Shown: positions 1 through 13,169, counted from the first letter of the stretch. The stretch is DNA of 64,000 nucleotides from Malacoraja senta (GCA_038087875.1 CM075992.1:5086001-5150000), one strand, 5' to 3'. A program made the numbers and translations. The notes: generated from the sequence alone by a model not told the origin.

Positions 1-417
1 TCATGGCTGATCGTCCCCAATCAATAACCCGTGCCTGCCTTCTCCCCATATCCCTTGACTCCACTAGCCCCTAGAGCTCTATCCAACTCTCTCTTAAATC
101 CATCCAGTGATTTGGCCTCCACTGCCCTCTGTGGCTGGGAATTCCATAAATTCACAACTCTCTGGGTGAAAATTTTTTTTGAGTCTTAAATGGCCTCCTC
201 TTTATTCTAAGACTGTGGCCCCTGGTTCTGGACTCGCCCAACATTGGGAACATTTTTCCAGACTCTAGCTTGTCCAGTCCTTTTATAATTTTATATGTTT
301 CTATAAGATCCCCCTCATCCTTCTAAACTCCTGTGAATACAAGCCTAGCCTTTTCAATCTTTCCTCATATGATCTATGTGTATTGTGTTTACAGACCAGT
401 TGCACTGCTGCAAGTTA

Positions 418-851
418 AGGGCCTGTCCCACGGGCATGCGACTCCATGCGGCAAGCGCGACCTAACCGGAAGCGGGGCCGCGCGGAGGTCGAGTGATCCC
501 CGTACAGGGTCGGTCCCACCAGCATGCGGCTGCATGCGGCAAGCGCTACCAGATCGGGAGTGGGGGCCGTGCGGAGGTCGAGTGACGTCAAGACGGTGCG
601 TACGGCGTCGAGGCGGTGCGTGCGGCCTCCATGCGGCAGCGGACCGGCAGGCCGTTGCTGCGCGGAATTTTTGAACAGTGTCAGTTTTTCGGATCCCCGC
701 GCGATGTCGGGACCAGCTCCGCACAACTCCATACGGCTCCGGCGATCGACGTGGGACTGGCCCCGCGACCTCCGCGCGGCCCCAGCACGGCCGCCGCTTC
801 CGGTTAGGTCGCGCTTGCCGCATGGAGTCACATGCCCGTGGGACAGGCCCT
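418..851. mobile_element. PIF/Harbinger-like MITE
   Basis: TIR AGGGCCTGTCCCAC extended to about 60 bp of inverted repeat, TTA/TAA flanks, CpG-rich interior. Confidence 0.8.
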
Positions 852-2623
852 TAAGTGTTTCATTGCTCCATCTTTGCTACACATGACAATTAAACGCTCT
901 TGACCACTCATGTCCATACATGATAGGAGCAGAACTAGGCCATTTGGCCCATCAAGTCTCCTCCACCATTCAATATCTCCCTCTCAACCCCATTCTCCCG
1001 CCTTCTCCCCACAACCCCGTGACGCATGCACTAGTCAAACCCTTGACGCTCTGGACAACGTGTGTCCCACCGTGAGTCTCAGTGTGTGCAGGAGAAAGAA
1101 AACGAAGACGCGTGTTGGTCATGGATACTGGAAACGACATCCACAGGGCTCGAATGTGAAGTAATCTCTTCAATCTAGCCTTTGGACCCAAGGTAAAGAC
1201 TCTGTTAGCGGCTGTCTCAGCGAGTGACCGACAGCAGGGCAGCATGAATGGAATGGTAATGACATTTTTCATTAGCAGAGATGCTGTTTCCTGGGCACGG
1301 AATGATGTGCTGGGAAATGATGTAGTTATATTGATTTTTATTTCACAGCACTGACTCACATTCCCGAGCTGGGTCCATTCTCTGATTAAATCACCTTCGT
1401 GGCTGTCACGTTATAGAGAGCGAATGTTCGCAAATTAAATTGATGATTTTAACTCTTACCTGTCTCTGCGACCCCAGCCCGAAACCCCCCCCCCAGTGGG
1501 TCTTGCACAATCTGGGAAAAAGGAGTAGGTGACATTTCGGGTTGAGACCTTTCTTCAGACTGTTCAACTTTAGTTTAGTTTAGAGATAGAGTGTGGAAGC
1601 TGGCCCTTCGGCCCACCGGGTCCATGCCGAGCATCGATCGCACGTTCAAACTAGTTCTATGTTATTCCACTTTCACATCCACACTAGGGGCAATTTGCTG
1701 AGGCCCATTAACCAACAAACCCGCACGGCTTTGTGTGTGGGAGGAAAGCGGAGCATTCGGAGGAAACTCAAGTGGTGACAGGGAGTGCGTGCAAACTCCA
1801 CACGGACAGCACCCGAGTCCAGGATTGAACCCGGGTCTCTGGTGCTGTGAGGCAGCGACTCTACCCGCTGTGCCACTCCGCTGCCCTAGGTCCGTGGACC
1901 ATTGACAAGACACCTGATCACAGTGATCTGCCCTCTGCAAATTGCCCCTGGTGTGCAGGGAGTGGATGTGAATGTGGACTCGTGGGCCGAAGGGCCTGTT
2001 TCCACGCTGTATCTCAAAATAAAATACCCGCTATTATTCCAGCATTTTGTGTCTAAACTTGAACGATGGTGGCTCAGGAGATCAGGGAGTAAATTTGATT
2101 ACCATGAGGCCACACTGACCCTTGATGCCCACGAGCTCACTCTGATCATGAATCACTGCTGAATTTCAAGGGAGTTTCGGGCTGGAGTCACAGAGACAGG
2201 CAAGAGTTAAAATCATCAATTTAATGGTCCTGTTGGGATCCCAGTGCCTCTGCTCCAGGTGAGTAAACAGGAGCAGAAACTCTGGAATGTCTGCTCCACT
2301 CTACAGTACCAAGGAAGGGTGCCTGGTGGAGCTGCCTCCTCATAGCACCAGACACCAGGTTCGATCCTGATCTCAGCTAAATAGAGATAAATTATTTTCT
2401 CTTGTTGGAGAATCTCATAGGAGGGAAATAATAACATCTTGATCATTACAGCTCAGGAACAGGCCCTTCGGCCCTCAATGAATATATCTGTCTGAACTTT
2501 AAAGCCAATACTTCCTGATATGGTTAAACAAAATCTCCACTTACAAAGGGTAATAGAAATGTAGAAATTCTTCTCAATCAGATTGTGGAATGAGTGGTTG
2601 CCAATTTAAGGAGGAGGACTCCT

Positions 2624-3039
2624 TTTTTTTTTTTTTTTAATATTTTAATTTTATTAGAAGTAAGTACAATTGTATACAATCATATTTTCATAATACCTTT
2701 TATGTACAGCTTCTTATTTTTAAAAAAATTTGAAATAAAGAAGAAAAAGAAAAAAGTTAGGTAATGAAAAATAGAAAAATGTGAGATATATAGTGTGTGA
2801 AAAAGAAAAATAAAGAGAATAAAAGAAGAGAAGAGAAGAAAAGAAAATAGAAGGAGATCATTTATAATCTTGACCATCCGCAGTCACGGATTAGCTTTTA
2901 CACCTGTTTTGCACCATATGTTTCCAAAAAGACGACAAATGGAGACCAACTCGTTATGAATTGGTCAAATTTATCTATTAGGAGGAATCGCATTTCCTCA
3001 AGATGTGCGGTATCCAACATACTTGCAATCCACATTTTG
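2624..3039 (-). mobile_element. 5'-truncated L1-clade LINE with poly(A) and 16-bp TSD
   Basis: Perfect TSD aaggaggaggactcct (2608-2623 / 3040-3055). T-run on the + strand. Minus strand reads KMWIASMLDTAHLEEMRFLLIDKFDQFITSWSPF, like an L1 ORF2 C-terminus. Confidence 0.8.
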
Positions 3040-6000
3040 AAGGAGGAGGACTCCTGAAACATATAAGATTGTTAAGGGCTTGGACACGCTAGAGGCAGGA
3101 AACATGTTGGGGGAGTCCAGAACCAGGGGCCACAGTTTAAGAATAAGGAGTAAGCCATTTAGAACGGAGACGAGGAAACACTTTTTCTCACAGAGAGTGG
3201 TGAGTCTGTGGAATTCTCTGCCTCAGAGGGCGGTGGAGGCAGGTTCTCTGGATGCTTTCAAGAGAGAGCTAGATAGGGCTCTTAAAGATAGCGGAGTCAG
3301 GGGATATGGGGAGAAGGCAGGAACGGGGTACTGATTGGGGATGATCAGCCATGATCACATTGATTGGCAGTGCTGGCTCGAAGGGCCAAATGGCCTACTC
3401 CTGCACCTGTTGTCTCTTGACTCTTAAACACCACTATCATATCTACTGGCACCTCCAGCCCCAGCAGCATGTTCCAGGCACCCACCACCCTCTGTATAAA
3501 TGTAAGCTTGCCCCACACATCTCCTTTAAACTTGGCCACTCGCAGGGCAGCATAGTGGGGCAGCGGTAGATCTGCTGCCTCATGGCGCCAGAGTCCCGGG
3601 TTCAACCTGACTACGGGCGCTGTCTGTACGGAGTTTGTACATTCTCCTCATGGACTGCGTGGGTTTCCTCAGAGATCACAAGTCTGAAGAAGGGTCTCGA
3701 CCAAAAACGTCACCCATTGTTCTATCCAGAGACGCTCCCTGTCCCGTTGAGTTACTCTGGCATTTTGTGTCTATCTTCGGTGTAAAGCAGCATCTGCAGT
3801 TCCTTCCTGGTGGAGGTACTAATGTTATACAACAATGGTTCATAGATTATGTATGTACTTAATCTATGAACCACTGTTGTATAACGTTAGTACCTCCACC
3901 AATGTAAAGCACTTTGGTCAACGAGAGTTGTTTTTTAAATGTGCTATAGAAATAAAAGTGACTTGACTTGACTTGGCTTCCTACAACCTATCACTGAAGC
4001 ATCCTGGATTAATTGCACCCGCTGATGCTAATTTAAGTCGTTCACACAACAGTTCTTGGTAACTCCCTCCAGCTCGTTCTCTCAGTTACGTCATCGGTGT
4101 TTGCTGTTTAACTAAAAATATTCACGCAAACTAAAACATTTAAAAAAAAACATGTCAAAGTTAATCTTTATGTTCCCTGACAAAATGCTGTGATTTGTAC
4201 CTTGAGTCAATGTTCCACTTGACAGATGGGGTGGCAGGAACAATGACAACAGGTGTCACTTACAGCGAAGACACCCCCTCAGTAATTATGTTTCATTTAT
4301 ACAGTACTTTTATGATGGTGAAATATTCCTAGGTGTCTCACAGGAGAGGAGTCAGACACACTTTTTGATCAAAAAAGAACACAAAGTGTTGGATTTACTC
4401 AGCGGGCCAGGCAGCATCTGCGGAGAACATGAAGGGGAAAAGATTTAATAGGGATCTGAGGGGTACCGCTTTCACACAAAGGGTGGTGGGTGTATGGAAC
4501 AAGCGGGTGTGTGGAACAGAGGAGGTAGTTGAGGCTGGGACTATCCCAATGTTTAAGAAACAGTTAGGCAGGTACACGGATAGGACAAGTTTGGAGGGAT
4601 ATGGACTGAACGCAGGCAGGTGGGACTAGTGTAGCTGGGACAAGTTGGCCGGTGTGGGCGTGTTGGGCCAAATGTTCCACACTGTATCACTCTATGACTA
4701 TAAGAAAATGGGTAGGTGAGGTGTGTAGGGAGGAACTGCAGATGCTGGTTTAGAAGATAGACATAAAACGACCTTGACCTGAAACGTCACTGATTCCTTT
4801 TCTCCAGAGATGCTGCCTGGCCCACTGTGTTACTCCAGCTTTTTGTATCTTTTTTTTTTAAAGATACAGTGCCGAAAACAGGCCCTTCGGCCCCACGGGT
4901 CTGCACATTAACACTATCCCACACACACACTAGGGACAATTTTTACATTTAACAAGCCAATTAACCTACAAACCTGTACGTCTTTGGAGTGTGGGAGGAA
5001 ACCGAAGATCTCGGAGAAAGCCCCACGCAGGTCACGGGGAGAACGTACAAACTCCGTACAGATAACATCTGTGGTCGGGATCGAACCCGGGTCTCCGGCG
5101 CTGCATTCGCTGTAAGGCAGCAACTCTACCGCTGCGCCACCGTGGTGAGGTTTCGTGTCTGAAGAAGGGTCTCGACCTGAAACGTCAGCGATCCATGTTC
5201 TCCAGAAATGTGGCAAGACCTGCTGAATTACTTTATATCATTTTCTGTATTAACCAGCGTCTGCAGTTCTTTGTATCTAAACCGGTCAAGTTTGGTACAG
5301 GCAGCACAGTGACACAGCTGGTGGAGTTGCTGCCTCACTGCTCCTGAGACCTGGCTTCAACTCTGACCTCGGGTACTGCCCGTGTGGGGGGAAACTGGAG
5401 CACCTGAAGGAAACCCACGCGGTCACGGGGAGTACGCGCAAACCCCACACAGACAGCACCTGAAGGAAACCCACACGGCCACGGGGAGTACGAGCAAACT
5501 CCACACAGACAGCACTGGAAGTCAGGTTTGAACCCAGGTCACTGTCTTGTGAGGCAGCAGCTTAGTTTAGTTCAGTTTAGAGATATAGAGTGGAAACAGG
5601 CCCTTCAGCCCACCGAGTCCGTGCCAATCAGTCTGAAGAAGGGTCTTGACCCGAAACATCACCCATTCCTTCTCTCCGGAGATGCTGCCTGTCCCGCTGA
5701 GTTACTCCAGCATTTTGCGTCTATCGGCAGAATGGTTACAATCGAGCCAAACACAGTGTATGGATACATGATAAGGGAATAACGTTTAATGCAAGGTGAA
5801 GGTTGAGGCCAGTTCATCGGCTATATTTAAGAGGGAGTTAGATGTGGCCCTTGTGGCTAAAGGGATCAGGGGGTATGGAGAGAAGGCAGGTACAGGACAC
5901 TGAGTTGGATGATCAGCCATGATCATATTGAATGGCGGTGCAGGCTCGAAGGGCCGAATGGCCTACTCCTGCACCTGTTTTCTATGTTTCTATGTTTCTA

Positions 6001-6199
6001 TGTCGAGCCAGTGATAGTCCGAGGGTCAAGGATAGTCCGAGGGTCACCAGTGAGGTAGATAATTGTTGAGTGTAGCATCATTCCATAAGATGTATGGATG
6101 TTAATGGATGGAAGTGGTGGATGTTAATTTGTGTTTATTGTGTGTTTTGTTATTTATTATTATATGTATGACTGCAGGCAACGAAATTTCGTTCAGACC

Positions 6200-7066
6200 G
6201 AAAGGTCTGAATGACAAATAAAGGAATCTCTAATCTCTATCAATCTATCTCTCTCTTTCCAAGGGCTGGCATGAGCACTGTAGGTATAAGCAACCTGCAG
6301 CGTTGAAATGGTTAATCTTTTGTTATTGAATTGCATTCTGAACTGGGAGGGTGGTGAAAGGGGGCGGCACATCCAGGCTTCGGGACCAATGCCTAAGAGG
6401 GTGTCAAGGTAGGGGGGATCTTTTTTCCAATTGGCTTCCCGAGGCAGACGGGCAGATGAGTTATATATTTCCCTGCCTGTGTCTGTCCGTGTGTGTGTGT
6501 GGTTGGGGCTCAGAGCTACTCCAACATGAAATCCTGAGTCATGTTTGTGTGGACACTCGGAGAGCGGTCGCCAGCGCATCCAAAGGGCTGTTGTTGAAGC
6601 AATATTAATTTCACACAGTGTGTGTGTGTATAGAGGCTTCCAATGAGATGAGATCAAGGCAGATTTCTCCCTGCGTTGCCAACCAGCCCAGGAGAGCGGC
6701 AGAGGACCAGGAATGGAGCTTTCTGTCTGAATCTTGACCATGTCCACACACCAGGTGAGCGGTGGACCTTCTGGAGCTGGGACTGTGACCCGGGTCGCTG
6801 TATTTTGCCTGCCCTGCCTTTAAAGAACAGATGATTCCACGCCCCTTGCGTTGACATTCTCGCTATCTGGTCGCTGCCTGCTGCCGCTCAGTAGCGCTGG
6901 GGGGAGAAAAAAAAACCACATCTACAATTTTTTTGCATTTGGTGCAGGGATGTGGCAGGGATTGTAGGCAATAAAAGTTGCTGCTGGACGTCTGCCGGGC
7001 GGTGGGAAGGATTGGAAGGAGAGAGTCTTCCTGAGATGCAGAGGAGGACCGCTGCCTGAGGTCGCG
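6200..7066 (+). promoter_or_regulatory. Putative promoter/5' UTR of the plus-strand MAST first exon
   Basis: Repeat-free, moderately CpG-retaining unique sequence directly upstream of the ATG. TSS cannot be determined. Confidence 0.4.
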
Positions 7067-7105
7067 ATGGACGACTCTGACATAGTCCGGCGAAGGAGGG
7101 TGCAG
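7067..7105 (+). CDS. Putative first coding exon of a MAST kinase (MDDSDIVRRRRVQ)
   Basis: ATG in strong Kozak context (gcgATGg), 13 codons, then CAG|GTGAGT donor. Same length as, and similar to, the recalled MAST3-type N-terminus MDESSLLRRRGLQ. Confidence 0.75.
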
Positions 7106-7304
7106 GTGAGTCCCGGGTGGAAATGAAACCGTTGCCGAGACAAGACGAGCCAAGCCCGGCCTTTGTCCTTCCCCGGTGGAGGAGTCTTGTTGGTTGCACC
7201 ATCTCCAGGGGCGGTGCGCCGCGAACTCTGCATTGAAACGTTGCCCCCCAATGCGGCTCTTCGCCCTCTCTTCCTCTGCTAGCTCTTGAAAGCAGTTCTT
7301 TCTC

Positions 7305-7735
7305 ACTCCCCTTTTCTCCCACCCCCTTCTCTCTTCCCTCTTCCTCCTCGTCTCCCTTCCCTCTTCCTCCCCCACCCCTTCCCTCTTCCTCCCCCACCCC
7401 CTTTCCCCTTCCTCCTCCCCCCCTTTCCCCTTCCTCTTCCTCCTCCCCCCCTTTCCCCTTCCTCTTCCTCCTCCCCCCCTTTCCCCTTCCTCTTCCTCCT
7501 CCCCCCCTTTCCCCTTCCTCTTCCTCCCCCCCCTTTCCTCTTCCTCTTCCCTCCCCCCTTTCCTCTTCCTCTTCCTCCCTCCCCCCTTTCCTCTTCCTCT
7601 TCCTCCCCCCCTCTTTCCCCTTCCTCTTCCTCCTCCCCCCCTTTCCCCTTCCTCTTCCTCCTCCCCCCCCTTTCCCCTTCCCTCTTTCTCCCCCCTTTCC
7701 CCTTCCTATTGCACCCCTTCCCACCCCCCCCCCCC
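7305..7735. repeat. Polypyrimidine low-complexity tract (CCTCTT/CCCCTT repeats)
   Basis: About 430 nt, almost entirely C/T on the + strand. Confidence 0.95.
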
Positions 7736-8636
7736 AATAACTTACTTGAAAATAAGAAATCTATTCATCCAATCCCTCCTTCAATGTTCATACTAAACCC
7801 GCTTTCATCACCGTTCAGGCAGTGTTTTACAGATCACTAAATGGCTGTTAAAAAAATAACTTTAATGTCCCCTTTTTCCTTGTCTTTGCCCCTTTTGCTC
7901 ATTGCCCTCTGTCACCTTTGCCCATGCATGCTCTTGTCAGTCCCCTGCTTGTGCCCATCCCCTCCACTTGATGTTGACCCCCCTCTGTCCTTGCTCTCTT
8001 GCCCCCATATGCCCCTGCATCTCCCTCCCATGCCCTTCTGCCCATGTCTCTTTGCCCCTGCCCCCATGCACCCCCTTGCCCTTATGTCCATTGCTCTCTT
8101 TGCCCCTGCACCCCCTCTTGCTCCCACTCACCTTGCCCGCTTGTCCTGCACACACTTGCCCCTGCCCCCCCTTTTCCTTTGCCCCTCTCTCCACCCCTCC
8201 CCCCCCTCAGCAAATGCCCTCCCTCACCCACTCCATTCATGCGTCCATCTGTTGACGTCAAAGATTGTGGGGGAGAAGGCAGAATCGGATTGAGAAAAAG
8301 AAACAAATAGACCAGCCACGATTGAATGGCGGAGCAGACTCGATACGCGGAATGGCCTAATGTTGACCCTGTGTCTGATGGTCTTATTAACCTGAAGCAT
8401 CCCGTGGTCTTGGACACAAAATGCTGGAGTAACTCAGCGGGATAGGCAGCATCTCTGGAGAGAAGGAGTGGGTGACGTTTTGGGTCGGGACCCTCCAGAG
8501 ATGCTGCCTGTCCTGCTGAGTTACTCCAGCATTTGTGTCTATCTTCGGTGTAAACCGGCATCTGCAGTTCCATCTCACAGTGTACCCTGGTCATTTGCTC
8601 ATTTTGCCCATGCAGAGGGAGAGAGGGGGAGAGGGG

Positions 8637-8678
<42 letters not shown>

Positions 8679-9301
8679 GGAGAGAGGGAGAGAGGGGGAG
8701 AGGGGGAGAGGGGGAGAGAGGGAGAGAGAGAAACACACGTGGTTTCCAATGCAGTCCGTAGCCCTCTGGGTCATTGATATTCGGGTGGTTTCTCTGCCTG
8801 AGCAACCTCACTGGCTTCACCACCACAGTATTGGGCGTTGAGTTCTGTAACACCATTATTCTCTGGGTCAAATAACCTACTCTTAGCCCTCCAATGATCT
8901 TTAAACCCAAGATAGACACAAAAAGCTGGAGTAACTCAGTGGGACAGGCAGCATCACTAGAGAGAAGGAATGGGTGACGTTTTGGGTCGAGACCCTTCTT
9001 CAGACCCTTTAAACCCTTGTCCCTAGTTGCTGCCTAAGGATTGGATATAAAACTTTTCTGTCCTCTCTTCCTTAGCTCTGCGTATGTATTGCACCTTAAT
9101 TAAACCTCCCTTCTGTTACATAGAAAACGTCCCGTCAAGTCAATCTCCATCCATAACTAACCATTTCTGGCACCGCTTCATAAATCTCCTGCATAGTGCA
9201 ATGACATTCTTCATGTAATGCTGTGACAGGACATGTACACAATGGAAATGGTGTATGGATTGGAGGTATTTCATTGTTTATTTTCTGCATATTAATAGGC
9301 A

Positions 9302-9374
9302 GCCCCAGTGGCCTAATGGATAAGGCACTGGCCTCTGAAGCCAGGGATAGTGGGTTCAAGTCCTGACTGGGGTG
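9302..9374 (+). tRNA. tRNA-Arg-derived gene with anticodon CTG, probable pseudogene
   Basis: 73 nt, GCCCCAGTGGCCTAATGGATAAGGCACTGGC-CTCTGAA-GCCAG..., near-identical to the recalled vertebrate tRNA-Arg(CCT) body. Anticodon 9335-9337 is CTG. T-stem is weakened (GTGGG/CCTGA). No T4 terminator immediately downstream. Confidence 0.8.
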
Positions 9375-10768
9375 AAGTTTACTTTGGGTGGCATAGCTCG
9401 TAGGGCAGGACAGAGGGCGTCCCTACCAGCTATGGTGGCGCAGCAGAGCCCAGGTTCGATCCTGACTACGGGCGCTGTCTGTACGGAGTTTGTACGTTCT
9501 CTCCCTGACCTCGTGGGTTTCCTCTGGGTGCCCCAGTTTCCTCACACACTCCAAACACATTCAGGATTGTAGGCTAATTGGCTTCTGTAAATTGTCTCCG
9601 GTGCGTAGGATAGAAAAGTGCGCGGACTCGGTGGGCCGAAGGGCCTGCTTCCACTCTGTAACTCTAAGCTGCTGCCTCCTAGCGCCTGAGACCCGAGTTC
9701 GATCCCGACCTCGGGTGCTCTCTGTGTGGAGTTTGCACTTTCTCCCTGCGACCATTTGGGTTTCTTCCAGGTGCTCCAGTTTCCACCCTCATCCCAAATA
9801 CGTGCGGGTTTGTTGGTTAATTGGTCTTTGTTAATTGAGCCTAATGTGGAGAGAGTGGATGAGTAAGTGAGATAACATAGAATTGGTGTAAACGGGTGAT
9901 CAATGGCTGGTGTGGACTCCCAGGGCTGAAGATAGACACACAATGCTGGAGTTACTCAGCGGGACACCAGCATCTCTGGAGAGGAGGAATGGGTGGCGTT
10001 TCAGGTCGAGACCCTTCTTCAGACTGCTGGTGGGCATGTTTCCATGCTGTATCTCCAAACTAAACTAATGAAAGGTGAAAGTGGATGGGAAGCAGTGAGA
10101 CCTTCATAGCAGCGTGGGCCCCCTCCCTATCCATCCTAATTGCAGAGTCTTGAGAGTTTGGTGTCATGGCAACATCGCCCCCTTCAAGGTTCTTTTGCAC
10201 AGTCACAGATGCTCTTTGCAAATGTCTTTGGAAATTACCCAAAATTAAAAAGCCTGGTGCAAAGAAACACCACCTTCTCCGAACAAGAGGTGGGACATCA
10301 CGTTATAACGTCGGTGAGACACTTCATAGTCATACAGTGTGGAAACGGGGCCTTCAGGCCAACATGCCCCATCTACACTAGTCTCACCTGCCCACATTTG
10401 GCCCATATCCCTCTAAACCTGTTCTATCCATATACCTGACTAAATGTTTCTTAAATGTTGCAATAGTATCTGCAGTAACTTAGAGTATTATGTACACTTC
10501 TGGCTTGCCTTGCTGTATTTATTTATGCTTACAATACTCTGTTGTGCTGAAGCAAAGCAAGAATTTCATTGTCCTATCTGGGACACATGACAATAAACTC
10601 TATTGAATCTTGAAGGATGTCATTAAGCTGGCATGGTTGAAGTAAAGATTCATGAGGATGATACCAGGACTCGTGGGCTTGAGTTATAAGGAGAGACAGA
10701 AAAGGTTGGCGCTTTTTTCCCCTCTGCAATCTATGGAACAAGCTGCCAGAAGAGGTAGTTGAGGCAGG

Positions 10769-10796
10769 CTGAAGAAGGGTCTCGACCCGAAACGTC
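10769..10796 (+). ncRNA. Minimal hammerhead-ribozyme-like motif in a Penelope-derived repeat (representative copy)
   Basis: CTGAAGA-A-GGGT CTCG ACCC-GAAA-CGTC. Identical copy on the minus strand at 31669-31696. Many decayed copies elsewhere. Confidence 0.6.
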
Positions 10797-11990
10797 ACCC
10801 ATTCCTTCTCTCCAGAGATGCTGCCTGTCCCGCTGAGTCACTCCAGCATTTTTGTGTCTACCTTCATCTGCAGTTCTTTCTTACACATTGGCTTGGATGT
10901 GATACTGTACAGGTGAACGTGTGGGGGTTATGAAGTCTCTTACAACAGGTCCTCCTTGACGTGAAACCAGCAAGCGATCAGACAATAGGTGCAGGAGTAG
11001 GCCATTGTCTAGCAGAGGTCATTGTCTCTGCTAGACAAAAATGCTGGAGAATCACAGCGGATGAGGCAGCATCTATGGAGCGAAGGAAAGAGACAACGTT
11101 TTGGGCCGAAACCCTTCTTCAGACCTCTGGTTGGCAAACTGACTCCAACAGTTTAAAGAGCAATAATCTGAAAGGTAGAACGTAGAACAGTGCAGCACTA
11201 GAACAGATCCATTGGCCCACAATGTCCGTGCCAAACATGTTGACAAATTTAGTTGATCTCCTCTCCATTAATCATATCTCTCTAGTCCCTGCATATTCTT
11301 GTGTCTATCCAGTACCCTTTTAAACATCACTGTCACATCTGCCTCCACCACCACCCCTGGCAGTGTGTTTCCGGCACCCACCACCCTCTGTGCAAAAGAA
11401 ATACCTGCCCCACACATCTCTTTTAAACTTTGCCTCTTGCACCTCAAAGCTGTGGCCTCTTGTCTTTGATATTTCCCCCCGAGGGGAAAGGTTCTGACTG
11501 TTCACCCTTTCTAGGCCTTTAGTATAATTTTAGATACTTTTAAGTCTCCCCTTAGCGTGTGATTCTCCAGCATTTTTGTCTACCTTCGATTTTCCAGCAT
11601 CTGCAGTTCCTTCTTAAACAAAGAACTGCAGATGCTGGTTTAAACCAAAGGTAGACATAAATTGCTGGAGTAACTCAGCGGGACAGGCAGCATCTCTGGA
11701 GAGAAGGAATGGGTGAGTGTCTGAAGGAGGGTCTCGACCCGAAACATCACCCATTCCTTCTCTCCAGAGATGCTGCCTGTCCCGCTGAGTTACTCCAGTT
11801 TTTTGTGTCTCTCTCAATAGACAATAGGTGCAGGAGTAGGCCATTGGGACCATGGACCATGGATTCAATGTGATCATGGCTGATCATCCACAATCAGTAT
11901 CCCGTTCCTGCCTTCTCTCCATATCCCTTAACTCCGCTGCCTCTAAGAGCTTTATCTAATACTTAATACTCACTAATGCAGGCAGGTTTA

Positions 11991-12029
<39 letters not shown>

Positions 12030-12968
12030 CATACAAAGTGCTGGAGTGACTCTGCGGGTCAGGCAGCATCTTTGGGGAATATGGATAGGTGACGTTTCAG
12101 ACTGGACTGATGCAGCTTTCTCTTCCCGACTACAATCTGTCCAACTTTCTTTCACCTCTTCTGGTAAACTTTGCATGAAGCAGCCAGCTTCAGAACCATC
12201 TAATAAGCCCTGAGATCAAACAAACTGCTGGAGGGACTCGGCGGGTCGGGCAGCAGCTGTGGAGGGGAAAGGGCAGGTGAGATTCCAGGTCATTATGGAT
12301 TGCTGGCAGATGCTACCTGATCCCGTTGAGTTTCTCCAGCAGATGGTTTGTTGCTGCAGTTTGCAGCATCCGCAGTCTCTTGTGTCTCCAATATGCTGTG
12401 ACACACTGCACTGCAACCATTGCCAAAGAAAGTTCAAACCATCTATTAGATGATCTACTTATGGGGGCGGAGGGAGGGAAGGAGGGATTGACAAAGGGTG
12501 GGATATACAGTATGGAGGGGTGGGGTGGATGGAAGATGGTTGCAGGAAGGGAAGGGGGCGGGAGAGATGGGCGGGGGGGGGGGGGGGATGGATGAACAGG
12601 GGATGACTAAGTCGTCCTCGGTAAGGCCGACAGTTCCTGGCCACAGCTTTGCATGCCCAGTGCAATGAAACCAGTCCAGTGAAACCAGGAAATGCTTCCA
12701 AACAGGTGAAGGCCCTTTCCATTCGAGCCTTGCTCTGGGTTGTTTACAATTGAGGTTGGATTATAATTTTATTCCTGATCATATCCTGAGAAACGGCCAG
12801 TGATGTAGAGAGATAGAGAACAAACGAATGAAAGATATGCAAAGAAGTAATGATGATAAAGGAAGCAGGCCATCGCTGTGGCCCTAGGTACAGACAACGA
12901 GGCCATTGTGTAGGGAGGAACTGCAGATGCTGGTTTAAACTGAAGATAGACTCAGAAAGCTGGAGTAA

Positions 12969-13169
12969 AGGGCCTGTCCCACGGGCGTCATTTGCGCGTC
13001 ACGCAGGTGGCGTGCGAGGATTTTGTGAATCTCAAAAACCTGGGGCGCCGCGCGTCACTGCCTACATCACCACGCCTCACCACACGCCATGTGCACGCCA
13101 CGATGCGCGCACGTGCGTCGTGATGTGTAAATGATGTCGCGTAAATGACGCCCAAGTGGGACAGGCCCT
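12969..13169. mobile_element. PIF/Harbinger-like MITE inserted in a Penelope-derived repeat
   Basis: 14-bp TIR. Host ggagTAActcag is split, with TAA duplicated on both sides. Confidence 0.85.

Noticed and set aside
6863..8310. Cluster of long G/R/K/E- or P/L/S-rich ORFs
   Set aside because: Products of C/T low-complexity tracts that lack stop codons.
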